This document shows positions 1 through 12,410 of a stretch of 64,000 nucleotides of DNA, piece by piece. This DNA is from Octopus sinensis (Eukaryota). Position numbers and translations under genes: made by a program. The notes under the pieces are model-generated. The model made no database searches. It was not told where the DNA came from and was given only the letters and a program-made list of their open reading frames with translations. The stretch's first letter is position 1. Each line of letters starts with the position of its first letter. The stretch covers positions 5,890,001 to 5,954,000 of the forward strand of contig NC_043006.1 of the NCBI RefSeq assembly GCF_006345805.1. Reading direction: 5' to 3'.

Positions 1-166
1 GACAGTAAGTCGCTCAAAGTAGTTGAAAATTTCAAATACTTTGGTGCGCGGATACCAAGTACTGAAAAAGACATCGTGGCCAGGAAAGCTCTTGCCTGGA
101 GCGCATGCCATAAACTGAGAAAAGTATGGAGTTCAAAGTTAGCAAGGAAATTGAAAGTAGGTTGTT
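1..166 (+). mobile_element. RTE-clade LINE ORF2 fragment (post-RT region), truncated by window edge and next element
   Basis: Frame 1 reads DSKSLKVVENFKYFGARIPSTEKDIVARKALAWSACHKLRKVWSSKLARKLK, matching the FKYLG...I..R.A.AW.A...L.K.W motif of RTE-type RTs; probably related to 11745-12205. Confidence 0.75.
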
Positions 167-169
167 ACT

Positions 170-1560
170 GGCAGGTTGTTAGAACGTTTGAATACTTTCA
201 TAGTTCCAAATACGGTATCTGAGTCTCAGCGTGGTTTTCGCTCCTCTAGTGGCACAGCTGATTGTATCTTTACTATCAAACAATTGCAAGAAAAGTGCAT
301 TGAACAGAATATTGCCCTTTACCATTGCTTTATTTATTTGAACAAAACATCCGATACTGTTAATCGAAATGCTCTGTGGCTAATCCTAACGAAAATAGGT
401 TGCCCAGAAAAAATTTGTAAGCATGATCAGGGCTTTGCATCAAGATATGAAAGCTACAGTTACTTTTGGTAGTAGGCTCTCTGAATTTTTTGCCGTGGAA
501 AATAGAGTAAAGCAAGGAGACCTTGATATACCCACCCTCTCTGCAATATATTTTGCTGTTGTGTTGTCACACGCTTTTCAAAACTCCGAGCAGGGTATTT
601 ACATAAAATATCGAAAAACAGCGAATTTTTTAAATCTGACCAGACTAAAATTCAAAACGAAGGTCTTTGCTTCATTCATTAGGGAACTCTTATAAGCTGA
701 CGATTGCAATCTAGTCAGTCATTCTGAAACAGGTCTGCAATCTCTTGCATCCGCATTTCATTCAGCTTGTGATGATTTTGGCCTGACCATCAACTTGAAA
801 AAGTAGTTGTAATGTATCAACCTGCGTATGGTGCTGTTAGCAACCACGCTAAATTTTTTGTTAAGGGTAAGCTACTTTAGGTTGTTGATTCTTCCGTCTA
901 CCTTGGAAGCTCTGTACAAAATTATGGAAATTTGGAAACAGAAATATATCTGCGAATTGAAAGGGCAATACAAGCATTTGGTGGCTTAGAATCACGCGTT
1001 TGGCGCCAACGTCATATAAATAACAATACAAAATTGGCTCTTTACAAATCTCTTCCCATTCCTGTTTTATTGTTCTGAAATATGAACGTGTTACGAAAAA
1101 CATTTCAAATTGTTAGAACAATTCCACCAAAAATGCCTCCATCGCATTTTAAACATTAAATGGAGTTGCGTCTTCCGGCATCACCTCAATTAAAGCAATG
1201 ATTTTGAAAAATCAAATGAGATGGTGTGGCCATGTTGTTCGAATGGCAGATGAACGCACACCCAAACAGCTGTTTTATGGTGAGCTTGCAGAGGGGAAAC
1301 GCTATCGGTGTAAACCTTAAAAAAAGATTCAAGGACGGCATAAGGACTACCACGAAGTCACTTGAAATAGATCCAGAAGGCATAGAAACTCTTGCTTCGG
1401 ATCGAACTGGATGACGAACAAAAGTGTGAAGTGGAGTGAAAGCGTTTGAAGAGGCCAGGATAACGTATGCAAGACTCAAGAGATTTAAAGGAGAATGTCA
1501 CGATCGAGAAGGTGAATCACAATGACCTTTTTGTATGGACAGTTTGTGACAGACCATGCC
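170..1560 (+). mobile_element. RTE (BovB-like) LINE, 5'-truncated, frameshifted RT plus C-terminal region
   Basis: ESQRGFR..GTADCIFTIKQLQEKCIEQN, VKQGD..PTL..IYF, ADD-like segment, IRWCGHVVRMADERTPKQLFYGELAEGKR, terminal VC..C zinc-finger remnant; multiple stops and frameshifts. Confidence 0.9.
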
Positions 1561-1588
1561 ATTCTATATATATATATATATATATATA

Positions 1589-1971
1589 GGCGCAGGTGTG
1601 GCTGTGTGGTAAGAAGCTTACTTCCCAACCACATGGTTCCGGGTTCAGTCCCACTGCGTGGAAACTTGAGCAAATGTCATCTGCTGTAGCCTCAGGCCAG
1701 CCAAAGTTTTTTGGGTGGATTTAGTAGATAGAAACTGAAAGCAGTCCGTATATATGTATATATTTGTGTGTGTGTGTGTGTCTGTGTTTGTTCCCCCATC
1801 ATCACTTGACAACCGATGTGGGTTTGTTTACGTCCCCACAACTTTGCAGTTGGGTCTAAATACCGATAAATTAGGTAACTAGGCTTACAAAGAATAAGTC
1901 CTAGAGTCGATTTCTTCTACTGAAGGCGGTGATCCAGCATGGCCGCAATCAAATGACTGAAACAAGTAAAA
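1589..1971 (+). mobile_element. SINE family A (tRNA-derived, Octopus OR/OK-like), diverged full-length copy
   Basis: GGCGCAGG.GTGGCTGTGTGGTAAG head, GGTTCAGTCCC B-box-like motif, internal (TA)/(TG) tract, tail AAGGCGGTG..CAGCATGGCCGCA.TCAAATGACTGAAACAAGTAAAA; about a dozen copies in this window. Confidence 0.9.
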
Positions 1972-2000
1972 TATGTATATATATTTTTATCTTTTTATTC

Positions 2001-2038
<38 letters not shown>

Positions 2039-2075
2039 TGTATGAATGCGGTGTACAGTATGTGTGCATGCGTGT

Positions 2076-2124
<49 letters not shown>

Positions 2125-2431
2125 GGGGAAAGAGAGAGAGAGAAAGACAGAAAGAGGGAGAGAGAAAGGGAACGACTGATGCTAAGTCAGGGGTCGAGAT
2201 TCGGAGAAATAGAAGTGGGTGGGCGAGGGGGAATAGGTATATCTTTTTTTGTCATCATAACACTCTTCCACACATACACACGCACACTCAACTACACAAA
2301 TATGTTGTTGCGCTGAGAAACAGAGAGACAGAGACAGAGACAGACAGACAGACTTGTTATGGATCTACATGTATACACATTCATCTATCTACAAGTAAAT
2401 GTTGATTTTTTATTGCAAAACATATATATAT

Positions 2432-2826
2432 ACTCTTTTACTCTTTTACTTGTTTCAGTCATTTGACTGCGGCCATGCTGGAGCACCGCCTTTAGTCGAG
2501 CAAATCGACCCCGGGACTTATTCTTTGTAAGCCCAGTACTTATTCTATCGGTCTCTTTTTGCCGAACCGCTAAGTAACGGGGACGTAAACACACCAGCAT
2601 CGGTTGTCAAGCAATGCTAGGGAGACAAACACAAACACACACACAAATATATATATATGCATATATACGACGGGCTTCTTTGAGTTTCCGTCTACCAAAT
2701 CCACTCACACGGCTTTGGTCGGCCCGAGGCTATAGTGGAAGACACTTGCCCAGATGCCACGCAGTGGGACTGAACCCGGAGCCATGTGGTTGGTAAGCAA
2801 GCGAACTTACCACAGCAACTCTTGCA
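2432..2826 (-). mobile_element. SINE family A, full-length
   Basis: Reverse complement of the family A consensus from tail (TACTCTTTTACTTGTTTCAGTC) to head. Confidence 0.92.
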
Positions 2827-2858
2827 TATATATATATATACATCGTATTATATATATA

Positions 2859-2894
<36 letters not shown>

Positions 2895-3069
2895 TATATA
2901 TATATATATATATTATATATATGTATATATTATATATATTATACATATATATATATATATATATATTATATACATATATATATATATACATATATATATA
3001 TTATATATATTATATATATAATATATATATATATAATAATATATACCTATATATAATATATATATATAT
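2827..3069. repeat. Imperfect (TA)n microsatellite
   Basis: Direct reading. Confidence 0.95.
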
Positions 3070-3473
3070 GGAGTGGCTGTGTGGTAAGTAGCTTGTTTAC
3101 CAACCACATGGTTCCGGGTTCAGTCCCACTGCGTGGCACTTTGGGCAAGTGTCTTCTACTATAGCCTCGGGCCGACTAAAGCTTTATGAGTGGATTTAGT
3201 AGACGGAAACTGAAAGAAGCCGTCGTATATATGCATATATATATATTTGTGTGTGTGTTTGTGTGTCTGTGTTTGTCCCCCCCCCACCAACATCGCTTGA
3301 CAACCGATGCTGGTGTGTTTACGTCCCTGTAACTTAGCGGTTCGGCAAAAGAGACCAATAGAATAAGTACTAGGCTTACAAAGAATAAGTCCTCGGGTCG
3401 ATTTACTCGACTAAAGGCGGTGCTCCAGCACGGCCACAGTCAAATGACTGAAACAAGTAAAAGAGTAAAGAGT
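3070..3473 (+). mobile_element. SINE family A, near full-length
   Basis: Matches family A consensus head to tail. Confidence 0.92.
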
Positions 3474-3858
3474 ATATATTTTACACACCAAGTCCACCGG
3501 ATTTTGAGAAAAAAGAATGCATGGTTTTCGTAAACATGTTTCTTCCGATCAGGAGGACCCCTTGTATTGTTGATCGAATTTTATATAATTATCTCATTTA
3601 TTTATTACACTTGCCGTTATTAAGTTTGGGTTAATTATTCATCACGTGACAAAAACATATGTGTGTGTGTGTGTGTGTGTTACAATCTCCTCCCTTACCT
3701 CACCACGAATACATAATCTAGATAAATAAATAATGGATGTGTGTGAGAGAGAGAGAGAGATAACTACTTAGATTACGCTTGACATATAAATATATACCTA
3801 TTACCCCTCGCCCACCCACTGCCTATTTCTCAGAATCTCGACCCTCGTCTTAGCATCA

Positions 3859-3891
<33 letters not shown>

Positions 3892-4299
3892 CTATCTTTA
3901 TCTATCTATCTATCTATCTATCTATCTTATCTTCTATATATAGTAATATATATATACTATCTGTCTATCTATCTATCTATCTATCTATCTGTCTATCTAT
4001 CTATCTATCTGTCACATACACACATGCACACACGTACTGTATACTACATTCATACATATTTAAACAAACACCAACAAATTATTGTTTCACTCTTGCCTTC
4101 TTTTGTCATCATAACTGCTCTTCCACACATACACACACACCCTCAAATACACAAATATGTGGCTGCACAGAGAAAGAGAGACAGAGAGACAGAGAGACAG
4201 ACAGACAGACTTGTTATAGATCTACATATATACACATTCATCTATTTACAAGTAAATTACAAGCATACCATAGAAAATTCTTACATCTGTGTGTGTGCT

Positions 4300-4670
4300 T
4301 GTCATTACACTATAGTGTGTGTGTGTGTGTGTGTGTATGTGTGTGTGTGTGTATGTGTGTATGTGTGTGTGTGTGTTTTGATTGTACTAAGTATATGTGT
4401 GTGTGTGCTACATTGTTGCACCAACATATATATGTACGCTGTGTAATTGTATCTAAGTATTGGTGTATGTTGTGCGGCTGCATCTAATTCTATATATGTG
4501 TGTGTGTTTGTGTGTGTGTAGTGTGATTGTACCAAAGTCTATTGTGTGTGTGTGTGTGTGTGTGTGTGTGGTATGATTGTACCGAAGTGTATGTGTGTAT
4601 ATTCTGCGATTGCCTCTAAGTCTAGTATGTGTGTGGTGCTGTGTGGTTGCATCTAAGTCTATACCTAAAA
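4300..4670. repeat. Compound (TG)n minisatellite with recurring degenerate ~17-mer (GATTGYAYCTAAGTCTA)
   Basis: About seven degenerate motif copies separated by TG-rich spacers. Confidence 0.65.
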
Positions 4671-5142
4671 CTGTGCATGTGTTGTAGAGACACCAGTTTA
4701 AGAACGACGTAGACTGAAAATATAGCATCAGTGAAGACTTACACGCTTTAGCTCTGATATTGCATTATATCTGATACTGCACTCTATAATTATAGGATAT
4801 CGATCAATCCTGTCTGTCTGATATAATTGTCCCTTCAAGTATCTGTTTACAGTACATACATATCTTCCATCTAGAAACGTTAACGGCACCTTACATACCT
4901 TCCTTTAACGGAACCTTGCATATGTGCTTCTATTTATTCATTGCACCACGTGGTATTTATTTAATGCCGCGATTTAAGAACATAGTGTCGTTGGTCACTT
5001 GTCTGACAGGCCAATAATTGGTTAAGTGCATATCTGACGGGAGTGGCATAAATTTTTTTGGTGGGGGGATGTCTTTTTTTTTTTTTTCGCCAACCCTCTT
5101 TCTTAGACTAAATAATCCTTTCTTTCCACTATGGGTACAAGG

Positions 5143-5225
5143 CTTCAAATTTTGGAGAAGGAAGCTGGTCGATTATGTCGACCCCCAGAGCTTGACTGAT
5201 ACTTATTTTATCGACCTCAAAAGGG
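5143..5225 (-). mobile_element. SINE family B fragment (core and tail)
   Basis: Reverse complement contains GGTCGATAAAATAAGTA.CAG and GGGGTCGA-N5-TCGAC. Confidence 0.65.
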
Positions 5226-6334
5226 TTTGCAAGCCTAAACAATTCATAGTCTGGGCTCATCTTATGTTTTTCTTACTTATGAACAGTGCTCACCGATAAT
5301 TAATTTAAAGAGAAGTTAACCAAATGAACTATTCACTAGTTATAAACAAAATACAAGTCGAGTTTCTTGACTCATGAATTCGGAACCCAGTTTTTATCCC
5401 AGTTGATGCATTTTACTTCATTTATAATACTAAGGCACGACAAAGAGCCTTAATGTGTCCCCATCAGAATTTTCTTTTTCAACAAATGCCAAGTCTTGAA
5501 TTGGCCAAAAGAAAACCTTTATATACGAAACAATTAATAAGCAAAACAAAATGCAATTCTTTTCTCAGGTTGTAATAAAATAATCTTAAATTGTTAATTA
5601 AAATTTGAGTCATTGGCATAAACCATCAGATATCATTTAAATATTTATGAACGAAATTAATATAATATCGTATATCAAATACATATTAGGGCAGCCTAGG
5701 AAAATTGAGGTTTTACGCAAGAGTTTGTTTTATAATCAATTCTCTGATGCTTATTTGTATTTTTGTATTTTGGGAATTGTTTAGATATATAAAATGGCTA
5801 TATTTTAATTTAGAGTCTGATTCTCCATCATCTTGAACAAGCCCGTTGTCGTCTGCTTCTTCCGATACTTCTCCTCCATGAAAGCGAGCCCGTCAAACAA
5901 AATGACTCTATCTACGATCTATTCCTGGATTACATATAATTTTGTTTACTATCAGATGGCAGATCGAAGTTGGCAAGCGGAATAAAACGTAGAGGGTGCT
6001 TCCTCAGACCGTAATGAAGCTCTCCTGAGCACTGGAGTGCTTTCATCTCTCAAAATGCCAATTTACACGACGACTAACTTGGAAAAACAACTGCCTGAGA
6101 ATTTTTATGCAATACTTAATTGTGTAAATAAAGAAACAACAGAAATTATTGCTTTCGGACATAAAGCTCTATATTACATTGCACAATGTTAATAGCGGCC
6201 TAAGATAGCATGGTTCTATTTTTATTTTTTCTCTCAATAATTCTCTCGTTCATATTCTGGAAGTTTATTATTAAGTATCGTCAGGTCTTAATCCTATTTC
6301 AAACTGAAAAACTTACGGTCGACTAATAATAGTT

Positions 6335-6389
6335 TATATATATATACATATATATATATATACACATATATATACATATATGTATATAC

Positions 6390-6469
<80 letters not shown>

Positions 6470-6498
6470 TAATATATATATATATATTATAATATATC

Positions 6499-6542
<44 letters not shown>
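6335..6542. repeat. (TA)n plus (GA)n microsatellite
   Basis: Direct reading. Confidence 0.95.
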
Positions 6543-6545
<3 letters not shown>

Positions 6546-7196
6546 AAAACAAAGATTATCTCCATATGTAGTTACCAAAGTAATTTTAGAGATAATGCTA
6601 CAATTCATGTTTATCGCATGATGGCAGTAATTTATTTTTGATATACGTTTATAACCTAGAGTAACCATTCTGCTATTTTATAAATAGTGTACTTGACTAA
6701 ATATAGAGACCATTTAATAAATCCATTTATAGCAAGTAAAACTTGTTCGAAGTAATATCAGAGATTCAAAATATCATACGTTAAAAATCTGACAAAATTA
6801 TTGTATCTGAACAGTTGAGACTGGCGCATAACATTAACATCGACTATCATTGAAAAACAATTGTCTTGTGTAAGCATACGCTAGAAATAGTATTGGCGAT
6901 TGTTCTTCGAAGCTGACAGTCTTTGACATTGTGATTATCAAGCACAAACTTATCATCATCTCTTTTTTCAACATTGTTATCAATTTCCAATAAAAGTTGA
7001 TTGAGAAAAGGAAGGAGAGTAAGACATGGCCTAGTGTGTCACAAGATGCTAAAACAGAAAACGAAAATATTTCATCTGAAACATTTCAACGACTAAATAA
7101 AAATACATATATTTTCAATGGAAAATAAGTCATAGTTTGATAAAAGAAAGAATAGACACCCATCCGTGATGAAAGAATACGATGATAAAAGTTTAA

Positions 7197-7301
7197 TGCG
7201 TGGCATCTTGGGCAAGTGTCTTCTGCTATAGCCCCGGGCCGACCAATGCCTTGTGAGTGGATTTGGTAGACGGAAACTGAAAGAAGCCTGTCGTATATAT
7301 G

Positions 7302-7347
<46 letters not shown>

Positions 7348-7554
7348 TGTGTGTGTGTTTGTCCCCCTAGCATTGCTTGACAACCGATGCTGGTGTGTTT
7401 ACGTCCCCGTCACTTAGCGGTTCGGCAAAAGATATCGATGGAATAAGTACTGGGCTTACAAAGAATAAGTCCCGGGGTCGATTTGCTCGACTAAAGGCAG
7501 TGCTCCAGCATGGCCGCAGTCAAATGACTGAAACAAGTAAAAGAGTAAAAGAGT
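7197..7554 (+). mobile_element. SINE family A, 5'-truncated
   Basis: Begins at TGCGTGGCATCTTGGGCAAG and ends with AAGAGTAAAAGAG tail. Confidence 0.92.
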
Positions 7555-7799
7555 ATACATTTGTTAATAGTCAACACCGTATTTTCAATACTATATTTAT
7601 ATTACAATTCTTTAACTAGTAATTTATTAACTGACTCTCAGCTCAGATTCCGCTTGAGTAGAAGTTTACTCACACTTCGGCAGCATTACAACTGAGAATC
7701 GATATAACTTTGGCTTTTAGACTTTGCGAAGGCTTTCAACAAAATTTCACGGGATGCTATTCTGAAAACAGCGTGATTTCAGCTCAACTGGAAAACTTG

Positions 7800-8963
7800 T
7801 GAAGTGGTTGCAGCCAACGGTACCTTATAAAAAGAATACAATAATTCTTTCTAGAGTTCCTCAAGGAACTACCGTGGACATTTACTGTTTGTGGTAAATA
7901 CATGTCGGACCCATAGGGAACATCACTACTGTTCATAGTGGCTCTTTCAGACATGCCATCAGTTACGCAGATAGCCACACTTGCTAGCTATGACGACGAC
8001 ACAAAAGTAGTAGAAGCAGTCAAGGAACCTTCTGATGCTAATATTCTACAGAAAGACCTAGGTGCCATATATAAATGGGCTGAGGACAACACATGCAATT
8101 TACTGCAGGCAAATTCCAAGCCCTCCGCTACCAGAAAATTGGTGCTCAGAAGTCACAACAACGATACTTTGGACCAAAAGGAACGGAAATCCTAGAATCA
8201 CTTACGGTGCGTGATCTTGGGATTTATAAGAGCATCGGGGCCTCGTTTCACATGCATATCACCAAGATGGTGGCAGTGTGCAGACGAATGGCCGGATGGA
8301 TTCTGAGAACCCTCAGAACAAGGGACCTGGAAACTATGCCGGTCCTATGGAGGACATTTGTTCTCATCCGTCTGGACTACTGCTTTCAACTATGATCACC
8401 CTGCACTGTAGGATTAATAGCTGAACTTGAAGCGGTTCAGAGATGCTACACGAGGAAGATTGCATCAATGAAACAGCTGAGCTATTGGGTGAGACTGAAA
8501 GAACTACGACTCTACTGCCTGAAGCGAAGGCGGGAGAGGTATGCAGGGATATATGTATGGAAGATACTGGAGGGCCTGACACCAAACTTTGGAATTGCCA
8601 GTTATACCAAACCTCGAAATGGACGTCACTGCACTGTTCCAAAAGTTCCAGCTGTCTCATCTAGGGCAAGGACCATGTACTTGCAATAGCTTGGAATTTG
8701 AGGCCACACAGCTATTTAACTCCTTGCCAAAACATCTGAGGGACCTCCATGGAGTGGGAGTAAATGTTTTCAAGAAACAACTTGTCCTCTTACTATCCAA
8801 GATCCCAGATGAACCAATATAAAGACAGGAAACTCAAAGAGGGCAGCGATATCGAACTCCCTCCTTCACCAGAAGCCAAACCCATAGAATTGGCCAATTA
8901 AAAGGTGATTACAAAGGCGGTGCCCCAAGGCCTCAAGACTGAAACATATAAACGAATAAAAGA
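7800..8963 (+). mobile_element. CR1-clade LINE, 5'-truncated, RT C-terminal half plus 3' UTR
   Basis: VPQG, ASYDDDTKV (YADD motif), RDLG, RLDYC.QL.SP, LEAVQRC.TR.I, LSYW.RLKEL.LY.L.RRRERY..IYVWKILEG, LFNSLP..LR; decayed by stops and frameshifts. Confidence 0.9.
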
Positions 8964-11189
8964 ATTTTTTTTAAAATATATATATATTTATATACAGTCA
9001 TATATATATATATATACACACAACACTCACACACACACACACTCATACATATATGATTCGATGGCCTTTTACTCTAAAAATTACCCGCTGTGTTGTTGGT
9101 TCTTTAGATATATATTGAAGATCTCGAAAAGATTAACCTTAAACTTTGTTATTGAGAACTGTGAATTTTTGACGTGAATGCCACTGTATCGTTTCAAAGG
9201 TATCCACATCGAGAATAAAGACGAAACGAGGCAATAGCCTAAGTTTCAAAGACTCACAGATTTTGAGTTTCCTGCAAAAAATACATAATCGATTTATGTG
9301 GAATAGATTCAAACGCATTCAAACAACAGTTGGTCTGTCCAAGACACAAGATGAGATTACGTCACAGTATAAAATTACAATGTGGTTATTTGTAGTAGCA
9401 AATTCCTTACACTAAAAATCATCTCAAGAACGAGAGTTGTAGCAACAGTGATGACAGTAAACCATCAGAGCCACATCCCACGGTCTGTAACTAGTAAAAA
9501 GGTAATGTGTTCTAGTATGAAATACATTAATTACTCCTATATCGATTCCATACTTATCGGTCATCCACATCACGAACTGTGGGTGTAGAACGGAAATAGC
9601 AAAGTATGTAGTCGGCCACTAAGAAGCGAATTAGTTTTTCGGTTGTCATGGAAGTATTAAATTTGACGAGACATAAGTACGTCACGAAGCTTTACTGAGA
9701 GAAATATTGATAAATTTCCACGAAGCAGGATAAGTGTTTGCCTTCATAACTGAACTAATGAGTTTTAATGTTATTAGTGCCGAGTATGTTTCTGTGAAAT
9801 GATTGTAGAATCTCTTTTAATGTCAGATGTTTATTGAGATATTCTGAAGAAAGTGAATAGACTTACCTTTCCATTTCAAATGTCAACTATATGTGTTGAC
9901 TTAAAATCAAACAACAGTGTCTCTAACTAGCTAGCAATTCAGTAATCAAATTTCTGCAGTTTAATTTTTTTCTCTCCAGAGTCTTATTATTTGTCACTGT
10001 TCGAAAGCAAGGCTTTTTGTATTTCAAAATAACCTTCTGCGTTGCCAATGCAAAACAACACTTATGACGTAATTCTCTAACTCAACGTAAACAACGTACT
10101 TAAACGTAGCACTCAGTTATCATCGCGATAATTCTTTTGTAAACAGAAGACATTATCCCGTCTAAAAATCCTAATGTTTTGCTGATCTAAAGATGATTTT
10201 TGCCTCGGATGGATGGCATGAGAAAATGGAAGTAGTATTGTCAAAAAATCAGGAAGAGGAACTTAAAAAGTAACTTTGGGATGTATTTATGTTGATAAGA
10301 GGAACATTGTCACAAGAAGGGGAGGATGAGCTCGAGGAAATATACGAGGTTAAATTTGGGGACTTTGTGGTTTTCGCGGTAAAATAGGGAAAAAGGACAA
10401 GTAGGTGATGTTGACTGATGGGGCAGTTAACATCACTCTCATCTCTCATTTTCACCCTTTATCATACAGTATATTTATTTTTTTTTTGATGTTTTATGTC
10501 CCCAATGTGTTGTAGTGTCCCCTCTATGTAAAACCGTATGGTTAATTAAAAAAAAATAAAGATGATCTTTGCCTCAAGATACACAGTACATTAATAATTG
10601 AAAAGTAGGTTTACTAAATACTTAACGAACGTATGTAATTTCATACGTGTGGGCAAACGAAAACTTTGCGGTGGCTTGCAATATTTTCAAGTAGCTTTTG
10701 CCGTTTCTGTGCGGGGCAAAGTATTTCTCATTAATAATTCATCTTTCTCTCTATATGCGTGTGTGTGTGTGCGCGTGCGTATGTGGTGTGAAACGGCCGT
10801 AATGTATTGACACCTGTACACCTTTGTTACTTATTTACATTCTGTTCACCTAAATTGGAGCTGTACGAACTATACCGAACTGGCAAGATGCCTCAATTTA
10901 ATTACCTGATTCAACTGAATCTTAATTATATATATAGAAACGAAAGTAGCACTCGATACACACAGCTAACAGTTTGACACGGCTTCACGTTAAATTTTCG
11001 GGGCTGCTAAGAACTTGTCTATTCAGACGTTTTCTTTTCCATCTGTCTAATTCTCTATAAATATGTATCAAAATGCTTTTGCATATACTCTCACATCTTC
11101 ATATACATGCATACACATGTATATACAGGTATGTATTTATGTATGTGCCACGGCATATCGTTTCTTCCTTCACTCCTGAGAGTAGAGTC

Positions 11190-11300
11190 CTGCATTGTAA
11201 TGCTGCAATGTAATACTCTGCGGGTGAATTAAATATTGCTTCGTTCACACAAAGCCTGGATATTCTGTTTGACGCACTTTTCACTTCACCCTTTAATACT
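11190..11300 (-). mobile_element. Penelope-like element fragment (RT thumb region)
   Basis: KSASNRISRLCVNEAIFNSPAEYYIAAL resembles the recalled PLE motif RIS.LS.NE.IF...A..Y..AL. Confidence 0.5.
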
Positions 11301-11744
11301 GAATGTGAATGGTTCGATTTTGTTCTTGTCCTTTTCTATATATTAAGTTTGTAAGCTTTTTTGGTATCCTGCTGTGCTAAGGAACTGACAAAATGTCGTT
11401 GATTTCCTTGGAAAGTGGAACGGTAACAGACACAAGAAACAAGTTAATGTTTATCATTTTACGACACTATTGTCTTAGAATATTTCCTTATTTTCCTAAA
11501 AGTCGAGACAAGTCTCTGGTTAAGATTGGAAAGAATAAGGTGTTTATAATTTATTTTCTTATTTCTATTAATTTATTTTTGGTATTTTTTCTCATTTGTA
11601 TCTCTGCATTTCCTAGTTCTTTGGCAATGGAATGGTAAAAATAACATCATGGTGTAAGTATAAATCAAAGAGAAACTAAGGATGATCTGGCAGTACAATG
11701 GATCTTACTCATCTGAACAGGTGCAAGCTGTTGTTGGATTATGT

Positions 11745-12205
11745 TAATCTAAGTAGAGATTTCAAACTTAAAATCTTCAAAGCCACAGTCGAACCAATCC
11801 TACTATATGGCTCAGAAACCTGGACATTATGAAAGAAGCTTGAGAGGCGGTTGGATGGAACTTACACTTGCCTCCTTATGAGAGCTCAAAATCTCTCGTG
11901 GAAGCGTCATCCAACCAAAGTACAAATATATGGGAAATTACCACCTGTGTCATCTCTTGTGAAAAGTAGGAGAGTCCAGTTTGCTGGACATTGTTGTAGA
12001 GCTGAAAACGAGGTAATTTCTACTCTTCTCCTCTGGAAGCCATCTGCTCGCGATACCAGAGGGCGCACACTCTCCTACCCTGATGTAATCTCCAGGGATA
12101 CAGGCATCCAGCAACAGGACCTCCGTAATGCTATGATGGACCGTGAAGTCTGGTGTAACATAGTAAATTCCATTGTCTCGACCACGGTCGAACAATGATG
12201 ATGAT
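11745..12205 (+). mobile_element. RTE-clade LINE 3' fragment with (TGA)n tail
   Basis: NLSRDFKLKIFKATVEPILLYGSETWTL, RLDGTYTCLLMRAQNLSWKRHPT, RRVQFAGHC.R; short ATGATGATG tail; possible 8-bp TSD ATGTTAAT (11741-11748, 12204-12211). Confidence 0.88.
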
Positions 12206-12249
12206 GTTAATGCAATAATGTGTATAACACAGGTAGCATTCAGCAATTA

Positions 12250-12410
12250 CCAGCTGAAGCAATTTTAGTGGGTTGTAATAAAGGCTGTTGATTCCACCTC
12301 CTCGTATCAAAATTCTTTTGCATATACTCTACGGATACTTGCGGATTTCCACGTAAAAGGAGGAGTCCATCTGTATGATAACTTCTGGCAGCCGATACAC
12401 GAACAAGAGC
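12250..12410 (-). mobile_element. Possible Penelope RT catalytic-motif remnant
   Basis: SYHTDGLLLLRGNPQ resembles the YRDDGL motif of PLE RTs; highly degraded. Confidence 0.3.

Noticed and set aside
4300-4670. CRISPR-like repeat-spacer pattern
   Set aside because: Repeats are degenerate, spacers are TG microsatellite of irregular length, there are no cas genes and the context is eukaryotic.
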